A DNA stretch of 63,864 nucleotides, filler included, from an uncultured Ignavibacteriales bacterium (GCA_964611355.1; 3 parts of 3 records of this genome joined end to end with filler, not necessarily neighbours in it), one strand, 5' to 3'. Counted from the first letter of the whole stretch, positions 40,039 through 50,961 are shown. Notes: a model not told the origin generated them from the sequence alone. A program made the numbers and translations.

Positions 40039-40344
40039 ATGCTGGCGCAAATATCGATATTCCCGGTGGGGCCAAAAGAATCGCTGGCCCGGGAGGTCGC
40101 AAAAGTAATTGACATTATCGATAAATCGGGCCTTTCTTATAAGACGACGGCCATGTCGACTATCGTCGAAGGAAAATGGGACGACGTCATGGCCCTGGTG
40201 AAGAAATGTCATTATATTATGAAGCGGTCGCATAATCGGGTCTATACTTCGATTGTTATTGACGACCGCAAGGGGGCCGGAAACAGGCTGGCCGGAAAAG
40301 TTGAAGACGTGGAAAAAATTATAAAGAGAAAGTTGCGAACATGA
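40039..40344 (+). CDS. MTH1187-family thiamine-binding protein
   Basis: ISIFPVG..SGLSY..MSTIVEG. Confidence 0.88.
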   Translation: MLAQISIFPVGPKESLAREVAKVIDIIDKSGLSYKTTAMSTIVEGKWDDVMALVKKCHYIMKRSHNRVYTSIVIDDRKGAGNRLAGKVEDVEKIIKRKLRT

Positions 40345-40736
40345 GCGAACATCGAATTACGTACGTGACCGCTCCGACCGAGGTCGGCGAACAGATCGCC
40401 TGCGCCCTGGTTGAAGAAGGTCTGGCGGTCTGCATCAATATCATGGAGAACGTCAAATCGATCTACAAGTGGGAAGGCCAGGTCGAAAAATCGACCGAAG
40501 ATCTTTTGATTATCAAGGCGATGACCGAAAAAACCGAAGCCCTCATCGAACGGGTGCGCGAATTACATCCTTACGAGGTTCCTGAGGCTATATCTTTCGA
40601 TATCGTTGCCGGTAATCAAGACTATCTGGACTGGCTTTCGGGCAAGGAAATCAAGGTAGATGAGAGTCTCCTTGAAGAAGAAGAAGAGATCGAACCGGAA
40701 GAGGAAGCGGAAACTGAAATAGAAGAACAACCATGA
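40341..40736 (+). CDS. cutA: Divalent-cation tolerance protein with acidic tail
   Basis: SIYKWEG, HPYEVPE, YLDW. Confidence 0.9.
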   Translation: MSEHRITYVTAPTEVGEQIACALVEEGLAVCINIMENVKSIYKWEGQVEKSTEDLLIIKAMTEKTEALIERVRELHPYEVPEAISFDIVAGNQDYLDWLSGKEIKVDESLLEEEEEIEPEEEAETEIEEQP

Positions 40737-41152
40737 AATCCCGCAAAGTAACCGGCGGATATCTGGTGCGGCTGGAAAAAGGCGAGGAAGCGATAGAAAC
40801 GCTGACCGCTTTTATCGCTAAAAAGAAAATCCCCTGTGGAATATTCCTGGGAATCGGCGCTATCCAAAATGTCGAACTGGGTTATTTTGACCTTAAAGTA
40901 AATCGATACCGCACCAGGAAGGTCAGAGGAAGCGTCGAGGTCGTCAGCCTGATGGGGAATATATCTTACGTCGATAAAAAGCCATTTGTTCACGCTCATA
41001 TTACAGTTGCCGGGCCGGATCAAAAGCTTCTGGGCGGGCATTTCTTCAAAGGAAAGGTTTCGGTAACGCTGGAAATTTATATTCAGGTCATCAACCGACG
41101 GCTTAACCGTTTCCATGACCCTGCGATGGGTTTTAATTTTTGGGATCTGTAG
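40733..41152 (+). CDS. PPC/DUF296-domain protein
   Basis: GIGA, SLMGNI, HAH, GGHF. Confidence 0.88.
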   Translation: MKSRKVTGGYLVRLEKGEEAIETLTAFIAKKKIPCGIFLGIGAIQNVELGYFDLKVNRYRTRKVRGSVEVVSLMGNISYVDKKPFVHAHITVAGPDQKLLGGHFFKGKVSVTLEIYIQVINRRLNRFHDPAMGFNFWDL

Positions 41153-41907
41153 TAACACTGACGACCGACTTCGGAACTTCCGACGGTTATCAGGCCGTTC
41201 TCGAAGGTATTATCGCCGGTATTAACCCCGAAGCCAAAGTTATAACCATCACCAACGACATAGCCCCGGGCGATATAGCCGACGGATGGTATCTGCTCAA
41301 AACCCATCACCGTTATTTCCCGCCCGGTACCGTGCATCTGGCCATAATCGACCCCGGCGTCGGAACAAAACGTAAAATCATAACCGTCAGAACCGGTCGA
41401 TATATCTTCGTCGCGCCGGACAACGGCCTGCTTTCGTTTCTTCCCGAAAGAGAGATTATTTCGATTCATTCCATAACCAACCGAAAATACGCGCTGGCGC
41501 AGGTTTCGCCGGTATTCCACGGCCGCGATATAATGGCTCCGGCGGCGGCCTACCTGAGCCTTGGCGTTGATCCTTCCTGTCTGGGACGAGTCTGTAAAAA
41601 AATCGCTGTGCTACGAATGGCAAAGCCGGTTAAGACGCGCCGCGGATTAAAAGGACAGGTTATCAGAGTTGACCGCTTCGGCAACCTGATTACAAATATT
41701 ACCGAATGGCCTGAGAACTCTTCAGTATCCGTCAACGGCCTTTCCGTAGGCCCTATCCGCTGCACCTTTGCCGATGTCAAAGCGGGCCGGCCGCTGGCTT
41801 ATATCGGTTCGGGTGGGCGCCTTGAGATTGCCGTGCGGGACGGCTCAGCATTTGATTTTTTCTCTGTTGGGTGTAAAGAAGAAATCGAAATTCTTGTTGC
41901 CAGGTAA
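41140..41907 (+). CDS. SAM hydroxide adenosyltransferase (DUF62 family)
   Basis: TLTTDFG, DPGVG, APDNGLL, FHGRDI, DRFGNLITN. Confidence 0.9.
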   Translation: MGSVVTLTTDFGTSDGYQAVLEGIIAGINPEAKVITITNDIAPGDIADGWYLLKTHHRYFPPGTVHLAIIDPGVGTKRKIITVRTGRYIFVAPDNGLLSFLPEREIISIHSITNRKYALAQVSPVFHGRDIMAPAAAYLSLGVDPSCLGRVCKKIAVLRMAKPVKTRRGLKGQVIRVDRFGNLITNITEWPENSSVSVNGLSVGPIRCTFADVKAGRPLAYIGSGGRLEIAVRDGSAFDFFSVGCKEEIEILVAR

Positions 41908-41934
41908 CGGCTCGAACGATAGCTTGACTGACCT

Positions 41935-42384
41935 ATGAAATGCCCTTTCTGCGGACACGAGGAAAACAAGGTGGTTGATTCCCGGACCGTTCAGGATGGC
42001 CGGGCGGTCAGGCGGCGGCGGGAATGCCTGGGTTGCCAGGAACGGTTTACCACGTACGAATATATCGAAGCGGTGACCATGACGGTCACCAAGTCGGACG
42101 ACCGGCATGAACCGTTTGATCGTCAAAAAATAATCCGCGGAATCAAACTGGCCTGCAACAAGCGTCCCGTCAGTCCCAAGAAGATCGAAGTGATAACGTC
42201 TGAAATCGAGGCGCGCCTTCAGGAATTGTCCAAAAACGAGGTTTCTTCCAAGTATATCGGTGAACTGGTCATGGAAAAGCTGAAAGAGGTTGACGAAGTT
42301 GCTTATGTCAGGTTCGCTTCGGTTTATCGCAAATTCGCCGACAAGACCGAATTTCTGGAAGAACTCAAAAAGCTGTTGGATTGA
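41935..42384 (+). CDS. nrdR: Transcriptional repressor NrdR
   Basis: MKCPFC, RRRREC, RFTTYE, AYVRFASVY. Confidence 0.97.
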   Translation: MKCPFCGHEENKVVDSRTVQDGRAVRRRRECLGCQERFTTYEYIEAVTMTVTKSDDRHEPFDRQKIIRGIKLACNKRPVSPKKIEVITSEIEARLQELSKNEVSSKYIGELVMEKLKEVDEVAYVRFASVYRKFADKTEFLEELKKLLD

Positions 42385-42459
42385 TTCCTTCCGGCATTTC
42401 CCGTTACCTGCAATCGATTTGACTTTCCATGACGATAATGCTATTTAGTGTTTTAGAAA

Positions 42460-43194
42460 ATGCTGGAGAAACCACCCGAAAAAGAGATGGCTTTCCTCGA
42501 TCATCTCGAGGAACTGCGCTGGCGGATATTAAAATCGCTTTTCGCCGTTATTATCTTTGCCGTCGGAGCCTATTTTATCAGCGCCTGGCTGATCGATATC
42601 GTTTCCGCACCGCTCCGGGATGTGGGAGTGTATTTTAAGGCTCCGGCCGAGGCTTTCCTGGTTCGTTTGAAATTATCGATATTTGCCGGGGCCATTGTCG
42701 CCGTGCCGGTTGTTTTTTATCAGATATGGATGTTTGTCGGCCCCGGTCTGCTTAAAAGCGAAGCCAAGGTCGTGATTCCGATTGTTTTTTCTTCGACCGT
42801 TTTTTTCCTCATGGGAGGCTCTTTTTGCTTTTTCTATGTTATTCCGCTGGCCGTGAGGTTTCTGCTTGGGTTTTCCACCGGCAACATGCAGCCGATGATT
42901 ATGATCGGCGATTACGTCAGTTTTGCGGGAATGATGGTTTTGGCTTTCGGGATAGTTTTTGAATTGCCGGTGGCTTCTTTTATTCTGGCCCGGATGGGTG
43001 TGATCGATCACAAAATTATGGCCAAAGGCCGCCGCTATGCAGTGGTCGGTATTCTAATTCTGGGCTCGATTTTAACCCCGCCCGATCTGATCAGCCAACT
43101 CCTTCTTGCCGGGCCGTTGTACTTACTGTATGAGATTTCGATTATCGTCGTCTGGCTGACCGGCAGGCGGGAAGCTGATTCTATTGGCGCGTAG
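42460..43194 (+). CDS. tatC: Twin-arginine translocase subunit
   Basis: DHLEELRWR, FVGPGL, FELP, TPPD. Confidence 0.95.
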   Translation: MLEKPPEKEMAFLDHLEELRWRILKSLFAVIIFAVGAYFISAWLIDIVSAPLRDVGVYFKAPAEAFLVRLKLSIFAGAIVAVPVVFYQIWMFVGPGLLKSEAKVVIPIVFSSTVFFLMGGSFCFFYVIPLAVRFLLGFSTGNMQPMIMIGDYVSFAGMMVLAFGIVFELPVASFILARMGVIDHKIMAKGRRYAVVGILILGSILTPPDLISQLLLAGPLYLLYEISIIVVWLTGRREADSIGA

Positions 43195-43290
43195 CATGAG
43201 CCTTGTATCTTGACAGCTCGACTTGGACTAATTAGATTTGGCCTGGAAATAAAGGCCGGAAAAGACCGGCAATGTTTTAAGAATTAACCG

Positions 43291-43362
43291 GCGGGCGTAA
43301 TTCAGCGGTAGAATGCAAGCTTCCCAAGCTTGACGTCGTGGGTTCGACCCCCATCGCCCGCT
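43291..43362 (+). tRNA. tRNA-Gly(CCC)
   Basis: GCGGGCG/CGCCCGC acceptor stem, caagc-ttcccaa-gcttg anticodon arm. Confidence 0.95.
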
Positions 43363-44688
43363 TTAATCTCAAGTCTTCCAAGAGAAAATGCGAATCCTGA
43401 GGTCAGCTCATCTCCGATAACCGGGGCTGCAGAAGACAAGCTCCAAGGAGATGAGACCATGCAGGCTATCAGGAAACTCATTGAAGCTGCCAAAAATACT
43501 CGGCCACTCGGACATCAGTACGACCGCGATCTACACTCACCTGCTGACTGAAGATATGGTAAAGAGCTACGATCAGTTCAGTCCGGCCAACAGTCCGAGC
43601 GTTTGATTCTAAAATGTGGTTGACAAATCGGCCCAGAGATTACTACTTTTAGCCATGTTCGGGACTCTACGTTGGGTCAAGATTCACATGGTTTAGGCCG
43701 CGTTCATCTTGGGGATCGTCATCATCGTCTATGCTGTGCGGTGGTTATTGAATAATCTTTAAGGGGCAATGTGACAGACTTTTCGAAGAGATATGGGTAT
43801 CAACCCGAAAAGCCGATCCAGGCCAATTCAATGGATGGGAACCTCCGAACAAGCTTGTGGAATTGCCTTTACGAACATTTTTGGTCGTTTCGACGGCCGG
43901 TTCCCAACCCCTCTGCTAGACCTCGTCTTGCAGGACGCAGCGTGAAAGGGTCTCTCTCCAAGGTAATCGAATCTCTTTGGACGCGCCATCTCAGGTGGCC
44001 TGCCGATGAAATACCTAATATATGGAGTAAGCTGTTTAGTCTCCTTAAAGACTACTATTTTGCGTGCGAGTGGTATAAGGTATATGACTTTCTTGAATTC
44101 TTGGCACCACAGGCTGATAGTATTACAGAAACCAACACCGAGAAATTTGCGCAGTGCTGTAATCGCACTCTGGAAGAGGAGCACTCTGCCTTTCGCTTCG
44201 TGGGACCGTATATCGCACCCATTACGAATGAAATTGAGGTAAAGGAAATCGAGAAGGCACTTAGCACCCCCTATGATGTAGTTCGTGTTCAAATCCGCTC
44301 GGCAGTAGAGAAGCTGTCTGAGAAACCAAAGCCGGACCTTCGCAACTGCATTAAGGAGTCCATTAGTGCTGTTGAGACTGCTGCGCGGCTTGCTGCAAAT
44401 GATCCGAAAGGGACACTCGGCAAACTGCTCCCGATCCTCAAGGAGGAGATTAATCTGCATCCGGCTCAAGTCGAAGGGTTTAAGAAGCTCTACGGCTATA
44501 CCAGTGATGATGAGTCGGGTATTCGGCATGGCATGATGGATAAGGATGATTTAACTGTCGACGATGCTCGGTATATGCTGGTCATCTGTTCGGCGTTTGC
44601 TAACTATCTACTACGTTTAGCTGAGCGGGCTGGAATCCTTAAGTTGCCTTCATAACCTATATTGGGTTCGACCCCCATCGCCCGCTTT
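43339..44688 (+). mobile_element. Integrase-less islet at the tRNA-Gly 3' end, bounded by a 26-bp direct repeat
   Basis: tgggttcgacccccatcgcccgcttt at 43339-43364 and 44663-44688. Confidence 0.85.
43771..44655 (+). CDS. AbiJ-NTD4 / HEPN-like putative abortive-infection protein
   Basis: FSKRYG..LRTSLWN..WYKVYDFLE; IKESISAVE; LYGYTSD..GIRHG. Confidence 0.75.
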   Translation: MTDFSKRYGYQPEKPIQANSMDGNLRTSLWNCLYEHFWSFRRPVPNPSARPRLAGRSVKGSLSKVIESLWTRHLRWPADEIPNIWSKLFSLLKDYYFACEWYKVYDFLEFLAPQADSITETNTEKFAQCCNRTLEEEHSAFRFVGPYIAPITNEIEVKEIEKALSTPYDVVRVQIRSAVEKLSEKPKPDLRNCIKESISAVETAARLAANDPKGTLGKLLPILKEEINLHPAQVEGFKKLYGYTSDDESGIRHGMMDKDDLTVDDARYMLVICSAFANYLLRLAERAGILKLPS

Positions 44689-44699
44689 TTTTTATTGCC

Positions 44700-44847
44700 A
44701 TGAATATTATCGCCATTGACGAAAATTCACCGCTGTTCGGCAGAATCTCACCCGGAGCCGATCTGCTGAAGGTTAACGGTCATCCGGTTGATGACGAAAT
44801 CGACTTTCAGTTCTACAATACCGAAAGTACGCTGGAATTGAAAATAT
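44700..44847 (+). CDS. N-terminus of a PDZ/DUF512 radical-SAM-like protein (truncated by gap)
   Basis: SP..PGADLLKVNGHPVDDEIDFQFY. Confidence 0.6.
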
Positions 44848-44947
44848 NNNNNNNNNNNNNNNNNNNNNNNNNNNNNNNNNNNNNNNNNNNNTTAATTAAT
44901 TAANNNNNNNNNNNNNNNNNNNNNNNNNNNNNNNNNNNNNNNNNNNN
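44848..44947. other. Artificial contig linker
   Basis: N-run, TTAATTAATTAA, N-run. Confidence 0.97.
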
Positions 44948-45268
44948 AGGGAATTAAGGAATATAAAACTGGAAAAATATGATCTTGTTGTTAATATTAA
45001 TGATAGGGCAGAACAATACTCAAATAAGGTTGCAAAATACTTATTCGCTGCTAGTGCAATATTTTTAATGATTGGATTAAGTATAATGGTAACTCCAAAT
45101 ACATTTACCTTTCTCGGTATTTTTAAATATCCTTTGTTTGTTGTTTCATTTGTCGCCACTCTTGCAAGTCTATTATATGGATTTAACCTAAAAGGTCTAC
45201 GTTCACGTTTTAAGGCATGGTTGAAAAGTAGATTTATAAAGAGGATTATGAAGAAATCTGCCTCATAG
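44948..45268 (+). CDS. AT-rich partial ORF with two C-terminal TM helices
   Basis: Open frame from the gap; hydrophobic segments; composition unlike the flanks. Confidence 0.5.
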   Translation, partial: RELRNIKLEKYDLVVNINDRAEQYSNKVAKYLFAASAIFLMIGLSIMVTPNTFTFLGIFKYPLFVVSFVATLASLLYGFNLKGLRSRFKAWLKSRFIKRIMKKSAS

Positions 45269-45806
45269 GGCTTTCGAAATAGTACCCCACCCAGCGGGTT
45301 CGTTTATAATATTTGTCCTGAGACGTCACCGGACAGTAACCGAATCACCATCCACAAAACAGTTTCACAACATCATCACCGCTAATTCAAAAACCCCCGC
45401 TTTCTATGGATAACTATGTCAGATTATTCAAATATATATGGATGCTGTCCTGACGTAAGGAAGGACAAAGTCCTGATGTTAGGAAGGACAAAACGTGAAC
45501 CACTCCAACAATCACCACCAAACATGTAGTCCGCAAAACATAAATATGACAAAACAAACCCATTTCGCCGTATCCGCATGACCGGTATCAGGATAGACGA
45601 TATTTTCAACGTCTGGAATTGTGGATAACTCTGTGCCCGACGGATGTCCGTATTTGCCGTATGATCTTTGCCGCAAGCCCGCCGCGCATAGAAATGGGGA
45701 TCGATTGGGATGCAGCAGGGAAATGTACAAGTATAGGATCGCCGCGGTGGCCCCACGATATGGCGGGCGACCTCACGATGAGGCCGGGCCTTTTTATCTC
45801 AGCTTC

Positions 45807-46265
45807 TTATTGACCTTCTCGCAGAACGCCGAAGCTGAATATCTTCCAGACGTTGTTGACCTTCCGTAAGCCCCACTTGTTGTAGTACTGCTTGTTGGTT
45901 TCTTTGCTGATAAAAGAAACTTCAACAAAGGCGCTGTCTCCGCTCAGGGAATCGTTGCCGACTATACGCTGCATCGACAGCCAGCGCTCGCGGGTGAGGC
46001 CGCCCTCGGTCAGGTCATCCAGAATATCGTTGGGAGTTTTGAATGTCCGAATCGAATCCATCTGGAGAGCGTAGTCCCGGTACCCCGGTCTTAGAAGTGA
46101 ACCGAAATCGAGATAATGAAACAGCGCATCGCGGTCGTTATCTTCCACCGCTTTTAACACCTTAACGACCACGCGGCGTGCGTTAGGTTCGGTATCGCCC
46201 TTCGAGCTACAACCTGGCAAAAGAAGAAAAAACACCGGCAAAAGAAAAATCGGTAACCTTTTCAT
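45807..46265 (-). CDS. Hypothetical lipoprotein
   Basis: LPGC lipobox; C-terminal LRKVNNVWKI. Confidence 0.7.
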   Translation of the reverse strand: MKRLPIFLLPVFFLLLPGCSSKGDTEPNARRVVVKVLKAVEDNDRDALFHYLDFGSLLRPGYRDYALQMDSIRTFKTPNDILDDLTEGGLTRERWLSMQRIVGNDSLSGDSAFVEVSFISKETNKQYYNKWGLRKVNNVWKIFSFGVLREGQ

Positions 46266-47330
46266 CTAAAACTCTCCCGTGACTGTGACCCGGTGACTGG
46301 CGCCGAGGTCAAGATAGGGCATGAAGCCATACGCTATATGATAATTTTTATGATCGAGACCGAATCCGAAAGAAAAGCCGCCCAGAGCGCCGTCATTTGA
46401 TCCGGTTTTGTAGTTTTCGCCAAATGTGGAATATCCCAGCCGCAGATAGAGCGGCTCGAATTCATACATTTCCATCCCGACGTTCAGGTAGGGGTCATTA
46501 TCGTTCGGAAGGACAGCGTCCAGAGCGGCCACCACGGGTAATTCTCTCAAAGAGTGCGCTACCCCCGCCCGAATACTAAACGGCAGGTCATCTTTATGTT
46601 CGCCTGCCGAGCCGGATGAGAATCCGGACAGGACAAATCCGAGATTGGAAACCGTAAATCCGACGGTGGTTGAGGTATCCCTGAATTCGTAATATAGTCC
46701 AAAATCGGCGGCCAGAGCTTCCGCCGAATATCCGGCGGCGGTTTCGCTCATGAACTTGACGTTAATACCGGCCATAAGCTCCCGATAAATACGAGTCGAG
46801 AAATTGGCCCCCAGCAGAAAATCACCACCGGAGAATTCACCGGTCTGTTCACCAGATTCATCAGTCTCCACGAAATCACCAAAGTTGAGATAATCTATAA
46901 AAAAGCCGGCGCTTTTTTCTTCCGCAAACGGAATGGTGACGGCCACAAAACCGGACTGGATATCGAGGATATAATTATGGTATCCGGCGAGAAACTGCCT
47001 GACTTCAAGATTCATAGTCCCGGCCGGATTATAATATATAGTCGTGGGATCATCGGCCACAGCCGTAAAGGCGCTGCCCATCGCCACCGCCCTTGCGCCG
47101 ACGCCGAGCTTTAAGAACGGAAATCCGGTCGTTCCGGCTTTTTTGTGTATCCCCCCCGTTGCCGCTGTTTCGGGAAACAGCAGCAGGACAACCAACAACA
47201 CCGGCAGCAAAACAAATATTTTTTGCCCCGGCGATCCGGCAGGCAATAAATAAGTCATAAAATTTCTCTTCCTATTTTCCATCATTTCCGCCTGTTTTCT
47301 GACGTTTTCAGACGACCTTGCGCCTGACAT
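46266..47330 (-). CDS. PorV/PorQ-family outer-membrane beta-barrel (start may be later)
   Basis: FLKLGVGARAVAMG, YYNPAG, LRLGY, SHRVTV. Confidence 0.85.
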   Translation of the reverse strand: MSGARSSENVRKQAEMMENRKRNFMTYLLPAGSPGQKIFVLLPVLLVVLLLFPETAATGGIHKKAGTTGFPFLKLGVGARAVAMGSAFTAVADDPTTIYYNPAGTMNLEVRQFLAGYHNYILDIQSGFVAVTIPFAEEKSAGFFIDYLNFGDFVETDESGEQTGEFSGGDFLLGANFSTRIYRELMAGINVKFMSETAAGYSAEALAADFGLYYEFRDTSTTVGFTVSNLGFVLSGFSSGSAGEHKDDLPFSIRAGVAHSLRELPVVAALDAVLPNDNDPYLNVGMEMYEFEPLYLRLGYSTFGENYKTGSNDGALGGFSFGFGLDHKNYHIAYGFMPYLDLGASHRVTVTGEF

Positions 47331-47371
47331 TATACGCCGTGTATAGTACCACGATTACCTGCTTTTGCAAG

Positions 47372-47860
47372 TTACCACGATTTGGTGGTCCTGTCCATTA
47401 TATCGGACGTTAAAAGGGCGACCGCTCGATCCTGCCCGACTTCTTCGGTCTCATCGAAAGCGTCGTAAATCCCCTGGGCAAAAAAATCCTCTTCCCATAT
47501 AACATCTTCGGAATTAGCTTTGACCACCTTGACGTTGATCGATACCTTGACGACATATTCGGTAACCACGTCTTCCTTATCATAGGTATATGGATCGCGG
47601 CGATAGCCGGAAAGCGTTCCCGTAAGAATTGCGTCGGCTTTAGAGGACTCCTTTACTTTGATGGTATTGTCCTTGATAAAAGCATCCACAATGGCGTCGG
47701 TGAGCCGGTCAGCGAGCTGATATTCTATCGTTTTATTTTCGAATTGCGGGATATTGACCGATTCGAATGGAGGTTTTCCACCCGGCGAAAAGGAATAAAT
47801 GCCACACCCTGCCAGTATCGCCATAATCGTTATCAGGCCAATTTGAATTATCGACTTCAT
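47372..47860 (-). CDS. lptE: LptE-family lipoprotein
   Basis: LAGCGIYSF, FENKT, ADAILTG, C-terminal W. Confidence 0.75.
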   Translation of the reverse strand: MKSIIQIGLITIMAILAGCGIYSFSPGGKPPFESVNIPQFENKTIEYQLADRLTDAIVDAFIKDNTIKVKESSKADAILTGTLSGYRRDPYTYDKEDVVTEYVVKVSINVKVVKANSEDVIWEEDFFAQGIYDAFDETEEVGQDRAVALLTSDIMDRTTKSW

Positions 47861-49128
47861 CGTTTGACTGCAACTTTGCCGTTTTTAACGACTGTCTTCA
47901 CAAGGTTAACACCATAGTGATATGGAAGTTCCCTGTAATCTTTCATATTCCATATGGTTATATCCGCCGGAAGGCCGCTTTCCAAACGGCCTAGCCGATC
48001 GCCAATGCCGATGGCGCAGGCGGCGTTGACGGTTACGGCCGAGAGAGATTCCGCGGCGGTTATCTTCAATTTCAAGGCGGCCAGCGATATTATCATCGGC
48101 ATAGATTCAGTCATGGACGAGCCGGGATTGCAATCGGTCGAAAGGGAAACAACAACGCCTTTTTCGATCATTTTCCGGGCCGGCGCGGCTTCGTCCAGCC
48201 CCAGGGCAAACGAGGTTCCGGGCAAAAGCACGGCCACCGTGTTGGAACCGGCCAGCATATCTATGCCCTTGTCCGATATATAGACCAGGTGGTCGGCTGA
48301 TATAGCGCCTATCTCAACCGCCAGTTCCGCCCCTCCGGTCGATTTCAACTCGTCGGCATGAATTTTGGGCCGCATCCCGGCCTTTTTCCCGGCTTCCAGA
48401 ATTGCCCGTGATTCATCAACGCTGAAGACGCCTTCCTCGCAGAAAACATCGCAGAACCGGGCCAGCTTTTTGTCGGCCACGGCCGGGATCATTTCGTTGA
48501 TTACCAGGTCGATATATTCGGCCCGGTTATCACGATACTCATCGGGAATTTCGTGAGCGCCCAAAAAGGTAGGATACAGATCCATCGGCTCGCTCTCATC
48601 AAGGCGCTTTATAACCTCCAGCGATTTGATTTCCGATTCGGTCGACAGGCCGTACCCGGATTTGGCCTCAATCGTTGTCGTGCCATACGACATCAGGGTA
48701 TCGACGGTTTTTTTGGCCCGGGCATACAACTGGTCGGGATTGGTTTCGCGCAGGCGGCGTACCGAAGAACGGATGCCTCCACCGGCCCGGGCGATTTCCA
48801 TGTAACTTTTTCCAGCCAGCCGCATTTCAAACTCGATTTCCCTGGTTCCGGCAAATACCGGGTGGGTATGAGGATCAATAAGCCCCGGCGTGACCACTTT
48901 ATCTTCAGCCGAAATAACAGTACAATTCTCCGCCAGGTCCACTTTTCCGGCAACATCGTCCGATTTGCCGACGGCAATAATCTTGTCGCCCGAAACGGCC
49001 ACGGCGCCATTATCGATCAATCCGATCTCCGACATTTCCCGTCCCCGTCTGGGAAGCTGGCCCTGCATGGTAATAAGCTGGCCGATATTTTTTATCAGGA
49101 GGGTAGTTTTTTTATTTCCCGGCGGCAT
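47857..49128 (-). CDS. hutI: Imidazolonepropionase
   Basis: DPHTH, EAKSGYGL, HADE, TDCNPGS. Confidence 0.95.
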   Translation of the reverse strand: MPPGNKKTTLLIKNIGQLITMQGQLPRRGREMSEIGLIDNGAVAVSGDKIIAVGKSDDVAGKVDLAENCTVISAEDKVVTPGLIDPHTHPVFAGTREIEFEMRLAGKSYMEIARAGGGIRSSVRRLRETNPDQLYARAKKTVDTLMSYGTTTIEAKSGYGLSTESEIKSLEVIKRLDESEPMDLYPTFLGAHEIPDEYRDNRAEYIDLVINEMIPAVADKKLARFCDVFCEEGVFSVDESRAILEAGKKAGMRPKIHADELKSTGGAELAVEIGAISADHLVYISDKGIDMLAGSNTVAVLLPGTSFALGLDEAAPARKMIEKGVVVSLSTDCNPGSSMTESMPMIISLAALKLKITAAESLSAVTVNAACAIGIGDRLGRLESGLPADITIWNMKDYRELPYHYGVNLVKTVVKNGKVAVKR

Positions 49129-49132
49129 ATAT

Positions 49133-50785
49133 CTACTTCAGCATTGGAATCTTGATGTTATTATCCTTGGCAAACTGCCTGGCTTCTTTGTAGCCGGCGT
49201 CGGCGTGCCGGGCGATACCGATGCCCGGATCGTTGGTCAGCACGCGTTCGAGACGCTTTTTCATTTCATTGGTGCCGTCCGCGACAATGACCATGCCTGC
49301 GTGAATGGCATTGCCTATGCCGACTCCGCCGCCGTGATGAATCGAAACCCAACTGGCGCCGGAGGCAATGCTGAGCATACCGTTGAGCAGCGGCCAGTCG
49401 GCGATGGCATCGGAACCGTCCAGCATTCCCTCGGTTTCACGATACGGGCTGGCCACCGAGCCGCAATCGAGATGGTCGCGCCCGATGACGATCGGGCCGG
49501 AAATCTTGCCTGACTTGACATACTGGTTAATGATATCCCCGAATCGAGCCCGTTCGCCATAACCCAGCCAGCAGATACGCGCCGGTAAACCCTGGAACGG
49601 TACCTTTTCGCGGGCCAGCTTAATCCAGCGGACAAGCGATTTATTGTATTTGAATTCCTTAAGGATAACATTATCGGTCAGTTCGATATCTTTGGGATTG
49701 CCGGAGAGGGCTACCCAGCGAAAAGGCCCTTTTCCGCTGCAGAAAAGCGGGCGGATATAGGCCGGCACAAAACCGGGGAAATCGAAAGCGTTTTTGAGTC
49801 CGCCTTTTTTGGCCTGACCTCTTAAGTTATTGCCATAATCAAAAACGACTGATCCGGCTTTTTGGAAGCGAATCATGGCCTCGCAATGCCGCACCATGGA
49901 AGCATAAGCGCGCTTCATATATTCGGTCGGGTTTTTCTTGCGAAACTTGGCCGCCTCATTAACGGTCAAACCTTCGGGAATGTAGCCATTTAGCTCATCG
50001 TGAGCCGACGTCTGGTCGGTAACGATATCAGGGATCATCCCGCGGCGGAATATTTCGGGGAAGATATCGGCGCAGTTACCGATCAAACCTATTGAGATCG
50101 GGTTCTTCGCAGTGATATGCTCCTTGATCAGTTTGAGGGCCTTATCCAGGGTTTTGACCTTGACATCGCAATAGCCCGTCTTTATCCGGCGGTTAATCCG
50201 AGCTTCGTCAACCTCCACCACCAAAATTGTGGCGCCGCTCATGGTGCCGGCCAGAGGCTGAGCGCCGCCCATACCGCCCATGCCGCCGGTCAGAATCCAG
50301 CGACCGGAAAGATCACCGCCAAAATGATTATCGCCAACGGCGACGAAGGTTTCATAGGTACCCTGTACAATGCCCTGAGTGCCGATATAAATCCAGCTTC
50401 CGGCGGTCATCTGACCGAACATAATCAGGCCCAGTTTTTCCAGTTGGCGAAACTTCTCCCAGGTCGCCCAGTGAGGAACCAGGTGGCTGTTGGCGATTAA
50501 GACCCGGGGAGCATATTCGTGCGTCCTGAAAATGCCGACCGGCTTGCCCGATTGAATCAGGAGGGTTTCGTCGTTTTCCAGCTTTTTGAGCGAATCGACG
50601 ATCGCGTGATAGGCGGGCCAATTGCGGGCGGCCTTACCGGAGCCACCATAGATAATCAGGTTTTTCGGGTCCTCGGCGACTTCGGGGTCAAGATTGTTGT
50701 TTAGCATGCGCAGGGCAGCTTCCTGGTGCCAGCCCTTGCAACTCAATTTGTTGCCCCGTGGGGCTTTGACAGGGATATATTTCAT
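49133..50785 (-). CDS. hutU: Urocanate hydratase
   Basis: [31 protein letters not shown]. Confidence 0.97.
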   Translation of the reverse strand: MKYIPVKAPRGNKLSCKGWHQEAALRMLNNNLDPEVAEDPKNLIIYGGSGKAARNWPAYHAIVDSLKKLENDETLLIQSGKPVGIFRTHEYAPRVLIANSHLVPHWATWEKFRQLEKLGLIMFGQMTAGSWIYIGTQGIVQGTYETFVAVGDNHFGGDLSGRWILTGGMGGMGGAQPLAGTMSGATILVVEVDEARINRRIKTGYCDVKVKTLDKALKLIKEHITAKNPISIGLIGNCADIFPEIFRRGMIPDIVTDQTSAHDELNGYIPEGLTVNEAAKFRKKNPTEYMKRAYASMVRHCEAMIRFQKAGSVVFDYGNNLRGQAKKGGLKNAFDFPGFVPAYIRPLFCSGKGPFRWVALSGNPKDIELTDNVILKEFKYNKSLVRWIKLAREKVPFQGLPARICWLGYGERARFGDIINQYVKSGKISGPIVIGRDHLDCGSVASPYRETEGMLDGSDAIADWPLLNGMLSIASGASWVSIHHGGGVGIGNAIHAGMVIVADGTNEMKKRLERVLTNDPGIGIARHADAGYKEARQFAKDNNIKIPMLK

Positions 50786-50961
50786 TATTCCACCTACCAT
50801 TCCTGATTTAATGCATGTTATAAAATTAAAACCGTTTGTTCAATAAGTCAATTGATTTATGTCCCTGTAAAAACCGGTTAAACGACTAGGCATACATGCC
50901 GATTAATAGTCAAAAGGTCTCCGTTTTGGCTCGAATCACCTGAAAGGGATAAAAGCCCGGT

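Noticed and set aside
43330..43551. 73-aa ORF
   Set aside because: Starts inside tRNA-Gly; at most the part from 43459 is a remnant
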